Assembly: GCF_000008565.1 (NCBI RefSeq)
Contig: NC_000958.1
Location: 1-32,000, forward strand
Source of the DNA: Deinococcus radiodurans R1 = ATCC 13939 = DSM 20539
Lineage (GTDB): Bacteria > Deinococcota > Deinococci > Deinococcales > Deinococcaceae
Reading direction: 5' to 3'
Length of the DNA: 32,000 bases
The notes under the pieces are model-generated. The model ran no database searches. It worked only from the letters and a program-made list of their open reading frames with translations, and had not been told where the DNA came from. Shown here piece after piece: positions 7,745 through 18,226 of the stretch (position 1 is the first letter of the stretch; the number at the start of each line of letters is the position of its first letter). A program made the position numbers and the translations under genes.

Positions 7745-7900
7745 GAACGGCGCAGGCTGCCACTGGGGTAAACTGAGGCCACCTGAGCCAGGGGAAGCCC
7801 GGTGACGGTGCGGCCTGGCTTTTTCCAGTCCCGCACCCATTCCGGCACTGTCGCGCAGCGGTGAATCGGCCTTAAGGGCCGTCAGTCCGAATGCCTCTCA
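7745..7900 (+). promoter_or_regulatory. Cobalamin (B12) riboswitch, probably a short class lacking the peripheral extension
   Basis: GGGGAAGCCCGGTGA (7791-7805). ATTCCGG followed by CACTGTCGCGCAGCGGTGAA (7839-7865), which closely resembles the E. coli btuB core CGCGCAGCGGTAA. Hairpin CGGCC-TTAAG-GGCCG. 3' element GTCAGTCCGAATGCC (7881-7895). Sits upstream of a btuF-like/cob operon. The 5' boundary is uncertain. Confidence 0.6.
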
Positions 7901-7994
7901 GGGACGCGAACGGTTCCGCAGGTCCATGCAGTTGGCCTGCTGAAACACGTCCGCACCTCTCGCCGTCAGAGGGCCAGTTTTCTGAGCGCGCCAC

Positions 7995-8042
7995 ACCTGC
8001 CTTTTGGTGCCTGCTCTGGCCCCGGCCTGGGCAGGTTTTTTC
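7995..8042 (+). terminator. Candidate riboswitch expression-platform terminator with an alternative downstream hairpin
   Basis: ACCTGCC (7995-8001) pairs with GGCAGGT (8030-8036), followed by TTTTTT. The competing stem CTGGGCAGG (8027-8035) / CCTGCCCAG (8048-8056) shares the GGGCAGG segment. Confidence 0.45.
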
Positions 8043-8085
8043 GTGCGCCTGCCCAGACCTGCCGCCCCCGCACCCGGAGTGTTCT

Positions 8086-8949
8086 ATGCGCCTGATTTCG
8101 CTCACGCTGCTGGCCTTATTGTCCAGCGCCGCCGCCACCAAGTATCCCCTCACTGTCACTGACGATCTGGGGCGCACGGTGGTCATCAAATCCGAACCCA
8201 GGCGCGTCGTCGCCATGCTGCCCTCACACACCGAAACCCTGGTCGCCCTGGGCGCCGCTGACAAACTGGTGGCGGTGGACACCTACAGCAACTTTCCCAG
8301 GCGTGTGGTGGAGAAACTGCCCCGAGTCGGCAGCGCCTTCAAGCCCGATCTCGAAGCGATTGTGGCGCTCAAGCCCGACCTGATCCTGGCCGACGAGTCG
8401 AGCGGTTCCAAATTGACGTCCAAGCTGGCCGCGCTCGGCCTTACCGTGTATGGCGGCACCGCCCAGAGCTACAACGAAGTGTTCGAGAAGATGGCGGTCA
8501 TCGGCAAAATGGTCAACCGGGAGACGAACGCCACCCGCCTGATCACCACGACCCGTGCCGACCTGAACGCCCTGCAACAAAGCGTACGGCAACTGCCCAA
8601 AATCAGCGTGTACTACGAGGTGGACCCCGCGCCTTACAGCGTCGGCCCCAATTCGTTCATCGGCACCCTGATCGCCAAGGCGGGCGGTCAGACCATCATT
8701 CCGGCCAAGTTGGGCGACTTTCCCAAGATTGACCCCGAACTCATCGTCAAGGCCAACCCGCAGGTCATCATCGGCGTGACGCCTGACGACGCCAAGAAAC
8801 GTGGCGGCTGGACAACTCTAAACGCTGTGAAAGCCGGATGGGTCTACAAGCCCACCGACGAGGAACGCGACGCGCTGAGCCGCCCCGGTCCGCGTTTGCC
8901 GGTTGCCCTGCGCGCCCTGATCAAGATGATTCACCCCGAGGCAAAGTGA
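8086..8949 (+). CDS. Periplasmic-binding-protein type 2 (BtuF-like cobalamin/iron-complex substrate-binding protein), secreted
   Basis: [17 protein letters not shown] signal peptide. [25 protein letters not shown] and LKPDLILAD motifs. GGAG precedes ATG 8086. The upstream part of the track ORF (7891-8085) overlaps the riboswitch and terminator. Confidence 0.85.
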   Translation: MRLISLTLLALLSSAAATKYPLTVTDDLGRTVVIKSEPRRVVAMLPSHTETLVALGAADKLVAVDTYSNFPRRVVEKLPRVGSAFKPDLEAIVALKPDLILADESSGSKLTSKLAALGLTVYGGTAQSYNEVFEKMAVIGKMVNRETNATRLITTTRADLNALQQSVRQLPKISVYYEVDPAPYSVGPNSFIGTLIAKAGGQTIIPAKLGDFPKIDPELIVKANPQVIIGVTPDDAKKRGGWTTLNAVKAGWVYKPTDEERDALSRPGPRLPVALRALIKMIHPEAK

Positions 8950-8957
8950 AGCCGGAC

Positions 8958-9569
8958 ATGGACGACGCCACCCGCGAGCGCCGCGAGGCCGCCATGCGCG
9001 AACTCACCGAGCAGCGCGACAATTACCGCAAGAAAGAGGGGATAAGCAAGGGCCGCCGGGGGCTGCTGATCGTCAACACCGGCAAAGGCAAGGGCAAAAC
9101 CACCGCCGCCCTGGGGCTGATGCTGCGGGCACACGGACGGGGGCTGCGCGTCAAGATGTTCCAGTTTCTCAAGCATGACACCGCCAAATTCGGTGAGCAC
9201 CGCACGCTGGATATGCTGGAGATTCCCTATCAGGGCCTCGGCGACGGCTGGACGTGGCGCTCCCGCGACCTGGAGAACTCGGCGGAGCTGGCCGCGCACG
9301 GCTGGGCCCTGGCCCGTGAAGCCATCGAGAGTGGCGAGTACGACCTGATCGTGCTCGACGAGTTCACCTACCCGCTCAAGTACGGCTGGGTGGCCTGGGC
9401 CGAGGTGGAACCCGTTCTGAAAAATCGTGACCCGCTGCTACACGTCATCATCACGGGCCGCGACGCCATTCCCGAACTGATCGCGCTCGCCGATACGGTC
9501 AGTGAGATTCAGCCGGTCAAGCACGCCTACGAGCAGGGGATCGGGGGACAGACGGGGATTGAATATTAA
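8958..9569 (+). CDS. cobO: Cob(I)yrinic acid a,c-diamide (corrinoid) adenosyltransferase
   Basis: [35 protein letters not shown] and VIITGR motifs. Alternative GTG start at 8946 overlapping the upstream stop. Confidence 0.9.
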   Translation: MDDATRERREAAMRELTEQRDNYRKKEGISKGRRGLLIVNTGKGKGKTTAALGLMLRAHGRGLRVKMFQFLKHDTAKFGEHRTLDMLEIPYQGLGDGWTWRSRDLENSAELAAHGWALAREAIESGEYDLIVLDEFTYPLKYGWVAWAEVEPVLKNRDPLLHVIITGRDAIPELIALADTVSEIQPVKHAYEQGIGGQTGIEY

Positions 9570-10884
9570 CCGTTTCGTCCTCGCCGCTCCGGGCTCTGGC
9601 AGCGGCAAAACCACCGTCGCCGCGCTGCTGTGTCTCGCCCTGCGTGCGCGTGGCCTGAGCGTGCAGCCCTTTAAACTCGGCCCCGATTACCTGGACCCCA
9701 CCCACCTCACCCGGGCTGCCGGGCGGGAAACGCGCAACTTGGACAGCTTTCTGCTGGCGCCGGAGCGGCTGCAAACCCTTTTTGCACGGGCGGCGGCCCA
9801 GGCCGAAGTCTGCGTGATCGAAGGCGTCATGGGCCTCTACGACGGACGCGACCCAGGCAGCGACGAGCATTCCACCGCCGCGCTTGCCCGGCTGCTGGGC
9901 GCGCGAGTCGTGCTGGTGATCGACGCGGGCGGCATGGCCCGCACTGTAGCGGCCGTGGCGGCGGGCCTGCGCGATTTTGGCGAAGGGGTGAATGTCGCGG
10001 GCGTCATTCTCAACCGTGTCGGCAGTGTCCGCCACGCCGAACTCTGCGCGGAGGCACTCACCCAGGTGGGACTGGCCTGTCTCGGCTTCTTGCTGCAAGA
10101 CGACGCGCTACGCCTCCCGTCCCGTCACCTCGGCCTGCTGAGCGCACAGCAGGCGAGCTGGGACGAGGCGGCGGCGTTGGCAGCGGCCCGGTACCTGGAT
10201 CTGGACGCCCTGCTGAACGTGACCCGGGCCCCCGACCTGTCTTCCTCATCAAGCATGAGCCCTCCCCCATCAACACGCATCGCCTACGCTTTTGACAGCG
10301 CCTTCCACTTCTATTACCCCGACGCGCTGGACGAACTGCGCTCCTGCGGCGCGGAACTGGTGCCGTTTAGTCCACTCGAAGATGCCGGGGTGCCGGAAGA
10401 TGTCGGCGGGCTGCTGCTCGGCGGCGGCTACCCGGAGGCGCACGCGGCGGAGCTGGCGGCCAACGAGCGCATGCGCCGGAGCGTCCGCGCCTTCGCTGCC
10501 TCCGGGCGCCCGGTGGTGGGCGAATGCGGCGGGCTGATGTACCTGAGCGAAACGCTGGAAGATGAAAACGGCGTGACGCACGAGATGTGCGGCGTGGTTC
10601 CCTACCGGACCCGCATGGCACGGCGCCTCAGCCTGGGCTACCGCGACGCGCTGAGCCTGGCCGACTCTCCCCTGTTGCCCGCCGGTACCGCCATTCGCGG
10701 GCATGAGTTCCACTTCAGCACGCTGACGCATGAGCCGACCCACCCGGCCTACCGCTGGCGAACGCACGATGGGCAGGAGGTGGCAGAAGGCTACGCGCGG
10801 GGCAACGTGCTGGCAAGTTACCTGCACCTGCACTACGGCGGATTTCCGGCGGTGGCAGCCCGGCTGGTGGAGCGTTGCCAGTGA
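9559..10884 (+). CDS. cbiA: Cobyrinate a,c-diamide synthase
   Basis: [29 protein letters not shown], and glutamine amidotransferase motifs GECGGLMYL and GHEFH. Start set at TTG 9559, overlapping the cobO stop; the track start at 9502 is less likely. Confidence 0.88.
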   Translation: MNINRFVLAAPGSGSGKTTVAALLCLALRARGLSVQPFKLGPDYLDPTHLTRAAGRETRNLDSFLLAPERLQTLFARAAAQAEVCVIEGVMGLYDGRDPGSDEHSTAALARLLGARVVLVIDAGGMARTVAAVAAGLRDFGEGVNVAGVILNRVGSVRHAELCAEALTQVGLACLGFLLQDDALRLPSRHLGLLSAQQASWDEAAALAAARYLDLDALLNVTRAPDLSSSSSMSPPPSTRIAYAFDSAFHFYYPDALDELRSCGAELVPFSPLEDAGVPEDVGGLLLGGGYPEAHAAELAANERMRRSVRAFAASGRPVVGECGGLMYLSETLEDENGVTHEMCGVVPYRTRMARRLSLGYRDALSLADSPLLPAGTAIRGHEFHFSTLTHEPTHPAYRWRTHDGQEVAEGYARGNVLASYLHLHYGGFPAVAARLVERCQ

Positions 10885-11777
10885 GACGGCGCGCCCTACT
10901 GCTGGCCCTCGCGCTGGATACCCTGGGCGAACCGCCTGCTTACTTTCACCCCGTGATCTACATGGGAAATTACCTGCGCTGGGCGCAGACCCACTGGTGC
11001 GGGAAAACGGCGAAACAGCAGTTCACGCAAGGCGCGGCAGGCTGGGCGCTCGGCGCAGGTCTGGCAGCGGGCGCCGGCTGGACGGCGTCCGGCTTGCCCT
11101 GGTGGGTGCAGGGCGCCCTGCTCAAGCCTTTGCTGGCGCGTAAAGCCCTCTTTGACGCGGTGGCCGAAGTTGCCGGGGCACTGGAACAGGGCGATGTGCC
11201 GGAGGCGCGGCGCTTGCTGGCGTGGCACCTGGTCAGCCGGGACACCTCCCAGTTGACGGCGGCGGAAGTGGCGGGCGCGGCGATTGAAAGCCTGGCCGAG
11301 AACCTCTCTGACAGCGTGGTCGCGCCGCTGCTCGCCTACCGAGCAGGAGGGTTGCCCCTCGCCGCCGCCTACCGCCTGACGAACACGGCGGACGCGATGT
11401 GGGGCTACCGCACGCCTGAGCTGGAGGACGCGGGCAAGGCCGCCGCCAAAGCCGACGACCTGTTCAACCTCGCCCCGGCGCGGCTGACTGCCCTTTGCAC
11501 GCTGATGGTGAGCGGGAGCCAGAGCTGGCGCGTGTGGGTACGCGACCGGCGCAACCCGGCCAGTCCAAACGCCGGGCACCCCATGAGCGCCTTTGCCGGC
11601 GCCCTGGGCGTGCGGTTGGACAAAAGAGGGGTCTACGTGCTGAACGCAGCCGGCGCGGCTCCTGGTCCTGAACACCTCGCACCAGCGCTGGCCCTTGCCC
11701 GCCGGACGCTGGTGCTGGCGGTGTTGGTCTTGCTGCTGCCTTTCCCAGGCCGCCTTTCCCGGAGACCCCATGCCTGA
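10881..11777 (+). CDS. cbiB: Adenosylcobinamide-phosphate synthase (membrane protein)
   Basis: [18 protein letters not shown] motif and a hydrophobic profile. GTGA start/stop overlap with cbiA. Confidence 0.85.
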   Translation: MRRRALLLALALDTLGEPPAYFHPVIYMGNYLRWAQTHWCGKTAKQQFTQGAAGWALGAGLAAGAGWTASGLPWWVQGALLKPLLARKALFDAVAEVAGALEQGDVPEARRLLAWHLVSRDTSQLTAAEVAGAAIESLAENLSDSVVAPLLAYRAGGLPLAAAYRLTNTADAMWGYRTPELEDAGKAAAKADDLFNLAPARLTALCTLMVSGSQSWRVWVRDRRNPASPNAGHPMSAFAGALGVRLDKRGVYVLNAAGAAPGPEHLAPALALARRTLVLAVLVLLLPFPGRLSRRPHA

Positions 11778-12769
11778 TGACGCTCTCCCTGGCCTAGTGC
11801 CCCGCATTCCGCACGGCGGCCCATCGAGTGCCGCTTTCGTCGGCCTCGATTTCAGCGTCAACTGCAATCCCTACGGCCCGAATCCGGCCCTCCTCGCTGC
11901 TGTGCGCGGCGCCGACCACGCGCACTATCCCGATCCCAGCTATCTCGGCGTGCGCCGGAGGCTGGCCGACTGGCACGGCGTTTCTCCCGACGAGGTAGTT
12001 CTCAGCGTCGGCGCATCGGACCTGCTGCACCGCGTCGTCCGCGCCTTTTTGCCTGCGGGAGACGTGCTGCTGAGTCTTCACGCCCCGTTCGGTGAACTCG
12101 CCCGCGCCGCGCAGTTGCAACGGGCGAAAATTCACGTGATGGACGAGGTGCCCGCTGCTCTGCCGCCCCGTACCCGCCTCGTCTACGTGGGGCAGCCGCA
12201 CAACCCGACGGGGCGCCGACTCTGCGCGCCGGAACTAGACATTCTGGCGAACGCCTGCGCCGCTGCCCACGCGTTGCTGGTGCTCGACCTTGCCTACGCG
12301 CCCTTTCTGTCGCTCCCTGTTCACCATCACCCATTCACCATCAATGTTCTGTCTCCCGGCAAAGCCCACGGCCTCGTCGGAGCGCGGCCCGCCTACGCTC
12401 TTGCCCGCGCGGAGGTCACGGCGCGGCTGGACAACCTCGCCCCAGCATGGCACCTCCCGGCGGGCACGGCGGCGCTGCTCGCGGCCTTGCCCGCCGCACA
12501 AGATTTCCTGTCCGAGACGCTGCCCCGCGTGCAGAATGACGCCGCAGCTCTGGCCCACGCCCTGCGCGAATTTGGCCCCGTGGAACGCCGCGGCACGCCC
12601 TTTCTGACTCTGGAAGTCGGTGACGCGGCGGCAGTCGCGCGAAAACTGCTGCCACTGGGCATCCGGGTGCGTGACTGCGCGAGCTACGGCCTGCCGGGGC
12701 GGGTGCGGGTAAGTACGCAGGCGAACAAGAATGACCGGCGGCTCATCGGCGCTCTCCAGGAGGTTCTCT

Positions 12770-12777
<8 letters not shown>
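11770..12777 (+). CDS. cobD: L-threonine-O-3-phosphate decarboxylase (class I/II aminotransferase fold)
   Basis: [19 protein letters not shown], and a PLP-lysine context [18 protein letters not shown] 11770 overlaps the cbiB stop. Confidence 0.8.
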
Positions 12778-14209
<1,432 letters not shown>

Positions 14210-14497
14210 GGGTTTTTCCAGTTCAGCTGGCCTATAGACGGACCGCGATTGAATCCCCAAACCTGGGGAATCCGGTCCGGGGGTCTACAACTGATGCCGG
14301 ACGCAAGGGGGACTCCGCCACCAACTGGGTCGGCCAGTTGGACGGAAAAAGTACGCTCACGGGACACCGGGCGTAACCCTCGGTCCAACGGAACGGTGCT
14401 GGTCGGTCCGAGACGCACTGAGTCTGTCTTACCTATCGGCCATAGTTTCAGCGAACTACCGTGCAAGCCGATTTCACTGAAAAAACTAGCGGATCAA

Positions 14498-14878
14498 CTA
14501 CACCTTGAAGGGCAGGTCAGGAATCTCAGCCCAGCCTTTTTCGGCGGTCAGCACATCCAGCTTCAGGGCTTCCGCAGTGCCCAGACAGGCGGCGTCACCG
14601 AGGCTCAGACCATAAGGCGACTTGCGGGCGTAATAAAACGACGCCTTTTTCCGGCAGGCACTCTCGAAAGGCACTTCGCGGACAAAACCCAGCAGCGGCC
14701 CCAGCTGGGCCTCGACCTGGCGGGGGGTGAAGGCACCACGGCCGACGAGCTTGCCCTGGACTTCGGTCAGGGTGACGCTGCTGATCCAGCAGGGCTGGGA
14801 GCTGACGACCTTCAAGACTTCAAGGCCGCCTTCTTCTTTCAGCAAAAATGCCAACAAGGCACTGGCATCAAGGAGCAT
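14498..14878 (-). CDS. vapC: PIN-domain toxin VapC
   Basis: MLLDASALLAF (first acidic residue), TLTEV, SLGDAACL, TAEK. The start directly abuts the vapB stop. Confidence 0.85.
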   Translation of the reverse strand: MLLDASALLAFLLKEEGGLEVLKVVSSQPCWISSVTLTEVQGKLVGRGAFTPRQVEAQLGPLLGFVREVPFESACRKKASFYYARKSPYGLSLGDAACLGTAEALKLDVLTAEKGWAEIPDLPFKV

Positions 14879-15139
14879 TTACCAGCCCTTCTCTTTGGCT
14901 TCAGCCTGACGTTCGTCGAGCAGTTCCTGGGTGAAGTCCCGCTCGTCACCCTCTGCTTTCTTCAGGCTGCCGTATAGAGATTCCGCGAGGAGCCTACGAC
15001 TGGTCATCCGGTAACCGAAGTCTTCTTTGACTAAGATAAGTTCATCACCCTCTTGGACGCCGAGTTCGGTACGGACGTCAGTGGGGACTACAATACGGCC
15101 CTGTGCCTGAAGTTTCAGATTGTAGGCATGAGTAGTCAT
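14879..15139 (-). CDS. vapB: AbrB/SpoVT-fold antitoxin VapB
   Basis: QGRIVVPTDVRTELGVQEGDELILV swapped-hairpin motif. Small, with an acidic C-terminus, located upstream of the PIN toxin. Confidence 0.85.
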   Translation of the reverse strand: MTTHAYNLKLQAQGRIVVPTDVRTELGVQEGDELILVKEDFGYRMTSRRLLAESLYGSLKKAEGDERDFTQELLDERQAEAKEKGW

Positions 15140-15180
15140 AAGTGCCTGATTCTAGCAAAATAGGCACGATATATTCGTCT
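15140..15180 (-). promoter_or_regulatory. Candidate near-leaderless vapBC promoter with a flanking inverted-repeat operator
   Basis: TAGAAT on the minus strand (15149-15154), 9 nt upstream of the ATG. Inverted repeat GTGCCT (15142-15147) / AGGCAC (15162-15167) brackets it. Confidence 0.4.
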
Positions 15181-15205
15181 GCCCATGCCCCTATCTTTTG
15201 TTACA

Positions 15206-15327
15206 GTTCTTGAATGGTGGGCCGTGGTCAGCTACTCAGGTCAAACGGATTCTCGACCGTAGCCCGGGCTGACATCGGTCGTTCAAGAACCACTTGCCTT
15301 TCACTTCGGTTGTGCAAGTGGTTTTTG
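15206..15327 (+). ncRNA. Structured RNA-like element ending in a canonical intrinsic terminator (unclassified sRNA or cis-regulatory leader)
   Basis: Closing helix GTTCTTGAA (15206-15214) / TTCAAGAAC (15282-15290). Internal GTCAGC/GCTGAC and GGTC/GACC helices. Terminator AACCACTTGC (15288-15297) / GCAAGTGGTT (15314-15323) followed by TTTTT. No convincing ORF. Confidence 0.45.
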
Positions 15328-15500
15328 CAAGGCGAAAACGCTGTGTTCTTCGCATCGTCAAGCTACGTAATATCTCATAAACTACTCATCGAAGATAGCA
15401 GAAAATCGGGCCTTCGCTAGGTTAAGCCCATTTAGGGGCATTCGTCCCCAGACCTCTCTACATAATCTTGACTATTCCAGTTGGTTTAGTGAGGATGAAT

Positions 15501-16376
15501 ATGAAGAAGGCTTTTCTGTCCACGTTGCTGCTCCTGTCGTCCGCTTCTGCTGCCCAGATTAAGGGGGCAGACGGCGTCACCGTCGGGGTTTCCAATCCCA
15601 AGCGCGTGGTCGCGCTGAACGCCACCACCGTGGAAATGATCTACCGCCTGGGCAAGCAGAAGACTATCGTCGGCACCGATGTCAGTGGCGTCTATCCCCT
15701 CAACAAGATTCCCAGCGTGGGGCATTGGGCGCAGCTTCCCGCTGAGGGCATCATAAGCCTGAAACCCGATCTCGTGATCGGCACCGCCGACAATTTTGCT
15801 GCCGGGAAAAACGGCACGGTCGTGCAACAACTCCGTGCGGCGGGGATCAAAGTACTGGTGCTGCCCGCCACTGATACGGGCGGCCTGAATGGAGTCAAGA
15901 CGCGCCTGAACATGCTGGGTCAGGTCTACAACGTCCCCAACGCTGCTGCCAGCTTGACCAAGAGCTTCGATACCACCATGAAAGCCGTGACGGCCAATAA
16001 GCCTAAGAAGGCTCCTAAAGTCATTTTCCTGTACGCCCACAGCGCCAGCGACGCCAGCATCTACGGCACGGAAGGCGGCGCGAATGAGCTGATTACCCTG
16101 GCCGGCGGCAAGAACGCGGCCCCCTTCAAGGACACCAAAGCCCTGACCGCCGAGGCGCTGGTCGCTATCAATCCCGACGCTATTGTCATGCTGGAGCGCG
16201 GGCTGGACGGTGTAGGGGGTCTGGAAGGACTGCTGAAGATGCCTGGTGTCGCCCAGACGAATGCGGGCAGGGATAAGCGGGTCTACACCGTGGACAACTC
16301 GATTCGCTGGATTGGCCCGCGTCTGCCCGAATTTGCGCTGAAGCTGGCCCGGCAGTTCAAGGCAGATTTCCGGTGA
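15501..16376 (+). CDS. hmuT: Heme/iron-complex ABC transporter substrate-binding protein (HmuT/ChuT-like)
   Basis: MKKAFLSTLLLLSSASAA signal peptide. VVALNATTVEMIYRLG and LKPDLVIG motifs. GAGGA precedes ATG 15501 (alternative ATG 15495). Confidence 0.8.
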   Translation: MKKAFLSTLLLLSSASAAQIKGADGVTVGVSNPKRVVALNATTVEMIYRLGKQKTIVGTDVSGVYPLNKIPSVGHWAQLPAEGIISLKPDLVIGTADNFAAGKNGTVVQQLRAAGIKVLVLPATDTGGLNGVKTRLNMLGQVYNVPNAAASLTKSFDTTMKAVTANKPKKAPKVIFLYAHSASDASIYGTEGGANELITLAGGKNAAPFKDTKALTAEALVAINPDAIVMLERGLDGVGGLEGLLKMPGVAQTNAGRDKRVYTVDNSIRWIGPRLPEFALKLARQFKADFR

Positions 16377-17437
16377 CGACGGTGGCATCCTCTGCCTTTC
16401 CTGTCAGTCGGCAGCGTTCGCGAGCAGCGCTCTCACTTGTGCTCTTGCCGCTGCTGCTCCTGCTGACGCTGATCATGGCAGTAGGCACAGGAGCCGTTCA
16501 CATTGCACCGCTGCAAGTGGTGAGCATTCTGCTGGCCCCCCTGGGCATTGCACCGCTGCAAGGCTATGAGGAGCAACAGGCCGCCGTACTGTGGGCCATT
16601 CGGCTGCCGCGCGTGATGCTAGGGATGCTGGTGGGCGCGGGGCTGGCGGTGGCGGGCGCAGCCATGCAGGGACTTTTCCGCAACCCACTGGCCGACCCGG
16701 GACTCCTGGGAATTTCGTCGGGGGCCAGCCTCGCCGCCGCGATGAGCGTGGTGCTGGGGTTCCACGCCTTCGGCAACTACTCGCTGCCCGTCGCCGCGTT
16801 CACGGGTTCGCTGCTCGCCACGATGCTGATCTACATGCTGTCGCAGGACCGTGGGCGGGTCAACGCAACCACCATGCTGCTCTCGGGCATCGCCATCAAC
16901 GCGCTGTGCGGCGCAGGTACGGGCCTGATGACTTTTCTGGCGACGGATGAGCAGCTCCGAAGCATTACCTTCTGGAGTTTGGGTTCGCTGGGGGGCGCGA
17001 CCTGGCCCACCGTCCTGAGCGCTGCTCCACTGATTCTGGCTGGCACATTGATTTTGCCCTTTATGGCCCGCGCCCTCAACGCGCTGATGCTGGGCGAAAG
17101 CGGCGCATCACATCTGGGGGTGAACGTGCAGACCGTCAAATGGAGTGTGGTCGCTCTGGTGGCTCTGAGTGTAGGGGCAGGCGTGGCAGTGGCAGGAACC
17201 ATCGGTTTTGTGGGACTGGTGGTTCCGCACCTGCTGCGGCTGCTGACTGGGCCGAACCACCGCACGCTGCTGCCCGCTTCGGCCCTCCTGGGCGCAGCAT
17301 TGCTGGTGCTAGCCGACCTCGTTTCGCGCACCATCGCCATGCCGGCTGAAGTGCCAATCGGGATTATCACCGCGCTGCTGGGCGCACCGTTTTTCCTGTA
17401 TCTGCTGCGGGCGGGCCGGAAGGAGGTGGGCGCATGA
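16373..17437 (+). CDS. hmuU: FecCD-family ABC permease (HmuU-like)
   Basis: Polytopic hydrophobic protein with FecCD-type motifs (LLSGIAINALCGA, GTIGFVGLVVPHLLRLL). GTGA overlap with the upstream gene. Confidence 0.85.
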   Translation: MTTVASSAFPVSRQRSRAALSLVLLPLLLLLTLIMAVGTGAVHIAPLQVVSILLAPLGIAPLQGYEEQQAAVLWAIRLPRVMLGMLVGAGLAVAGAAMQGLFRNPLADPGLLGISSGASLAAAMSVVLGFHAFGNYSLPVAAFTGSLLATMLIYMLSQDRGRVNATTMLLSGIAINALCGAGTGLMTFLATDEQLRSITFWSLGSLGGATWPTVLSAAPLILAGTLILPFMARALNALMLGESGASHLGVNVQTVKWSVVALVALSVGAGVAVAGTIGFVGLVVPHLLRLLTGPNHRTLLPASALLGAALLVLADLVSRTIAMPAEVPIGIITALLGAPFFLYLLRAGRKEVGA

Positions 17438-18219
17438 CAGCTTCTTCGCCTTCCATTCGCGTGACCGACCTGAGCTACTCGGTGGCGGGGCGCGAACTGC
17501 TCTCTAAGCTCAAATTCCATCTGCAAAGCGGCGAGATGCTGGCGGTGCTGGGGCGCAACGGGGCTGGAAAAAGCACGCTTCTCAAGCACCTGACGGGCGA
17601 ACTTGGCAAGAGCGGAGTAGAACTGTTCGGGCAGCCGCTCCGGGACATCAAGCCTGCCGAAGCCGCCAAGCGCCGCGCCGTGTTGCCGCAGCAAACGCCC
17701 CTTTCGTTTGCCTATGAGGTGCTGGACGTGGTGCTGCTGGGCCGCATTCCGCACGGGCAGCGCGAGACGGTGCAGGACCGGGCTATTGCCGCCGCATGTC
17801 TGGAAAGGGTTGGCCTGAGCGGATACGAAACCCGTGATGTGCTGACCCTGTCCGGTGGCGAGCAGCAACGTGTTCACTTTGCCCGCACCCTGGCGCAGTT
17901 GCATGGCGTCATCGGTGAACGGGTGCTGCTGCTCGACGAACCCACTGCCAGTCTGGACCTGGCCCATCAGCACGCAACTTTGCGGCTTGCCCGCGAACTG
18001 TGCCGGGAAGGCGTGGGGGTTCTGGCCGTCCTCCACGACCTGAACCTCGCCGCGCAATACGCCGACCGGGTGCTGATGCTCGCGGAAGGTCACGTTATCG
18101 CCTGTGACCATCCCGCCGTCGCCCTGACGCCCGAGAGCATCCGTACTGCCTACGGTCATGAGGTTCTGGTCACGCAGCACCCCTGCCTGAACTGTCCTCT
18201 GATTGTGAGCGCCAGCTAG
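17434..18219 (+). CDS. hmuV: ABC transporter ATPase (HmuV-like hemin importer ATPase)
   Basis: GRNGAGKSTLLK (Walker A), RRAVLPQ, LSGGEQQRVHFARTL (signature), LLLDEPTASLD (Walker B). ATGA overlap with the permease. Confidence 0.88.
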   Translation: MTASSPSIRVTDLSYSVAGRELLSKLKFHLQSGEMLAVLGRNGAGKSTLLKHLTGELGKSGVELFGQPLRDIKPAEAAKRRAVLPQQTPLSFAYEVLDVVLLGRIPHGQRETVQDRAIAAACLERVGLSGYETRDVLTLSGGEQQRVHFARTLAQLHGVIGERVLLLDEPTASLDLAHQHATLRLARELCREGVGVLAVLHDLNLAAQYADRVLMLAEGHVIACDHPAVALTPESIRTAYGHEVLVTQHPCLNCPLIVSAS

Positions 18220-18226
18220 GAGTCCG

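Noticed and set aside
7891-8085. Upstream 65 codons of the track ORF for the BtuF-like protein
   Set aside because: The stretch overlaps the riboswitch 3' end and the terminator hairpins. Its sequence is Pro/Cys/Trp-rich and not protein-like. An ATG at 8086 with GGAG upstream begins a proper signal peptide.
10896-11867. 323 aa minus-strand ORF, and similar ones at 13141-13902, 15486-16388, 12235-12786 and 9517-10098
   Set aside because: All lie antisense to cob or transporter genes with strong family motifs. They are low-complexity and R/A/G/P-rich, so they are shadow ORFs of GC-rich coding DNA.
14210-14497. Possible RNA gene or terminators in the cobQ/vapC convergent spacer (hairpins TCCCCA-AACC-TGGGGA and CCAACTGG-GTCGG-CCAGTTGG; a CCGCCACCA tRNA-3'-end-like string)
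   Set aside because: There is no cloverleaf or T-arm consensus. Neither hairpin is followed by a T-run on the relevant strand. No known riboswitch core was recognised. I left it unannotated.
14249-14977. 242 aa plus-strand ORF spanning the vapBC region
   Set aside because: It lies antisense to a well-formed AbrB-antitoxin/PIN-toxin pair with abutting stop and start codons. It has no motif, and its 5' part lies in a noncoding spacer.
15417-15475. DtxR/IdeR-like box (TAGGTTAAGCCCATTTAGG) and Fur-like box (ATAATCTTGACTATT) upstream of the iron/heme importer
   Set aside because: They match the respective consensus sequences only about 11/19 and 10/15 by eye, which is within chance expectation. 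They are worth a PWM scan but are not supportable as features.
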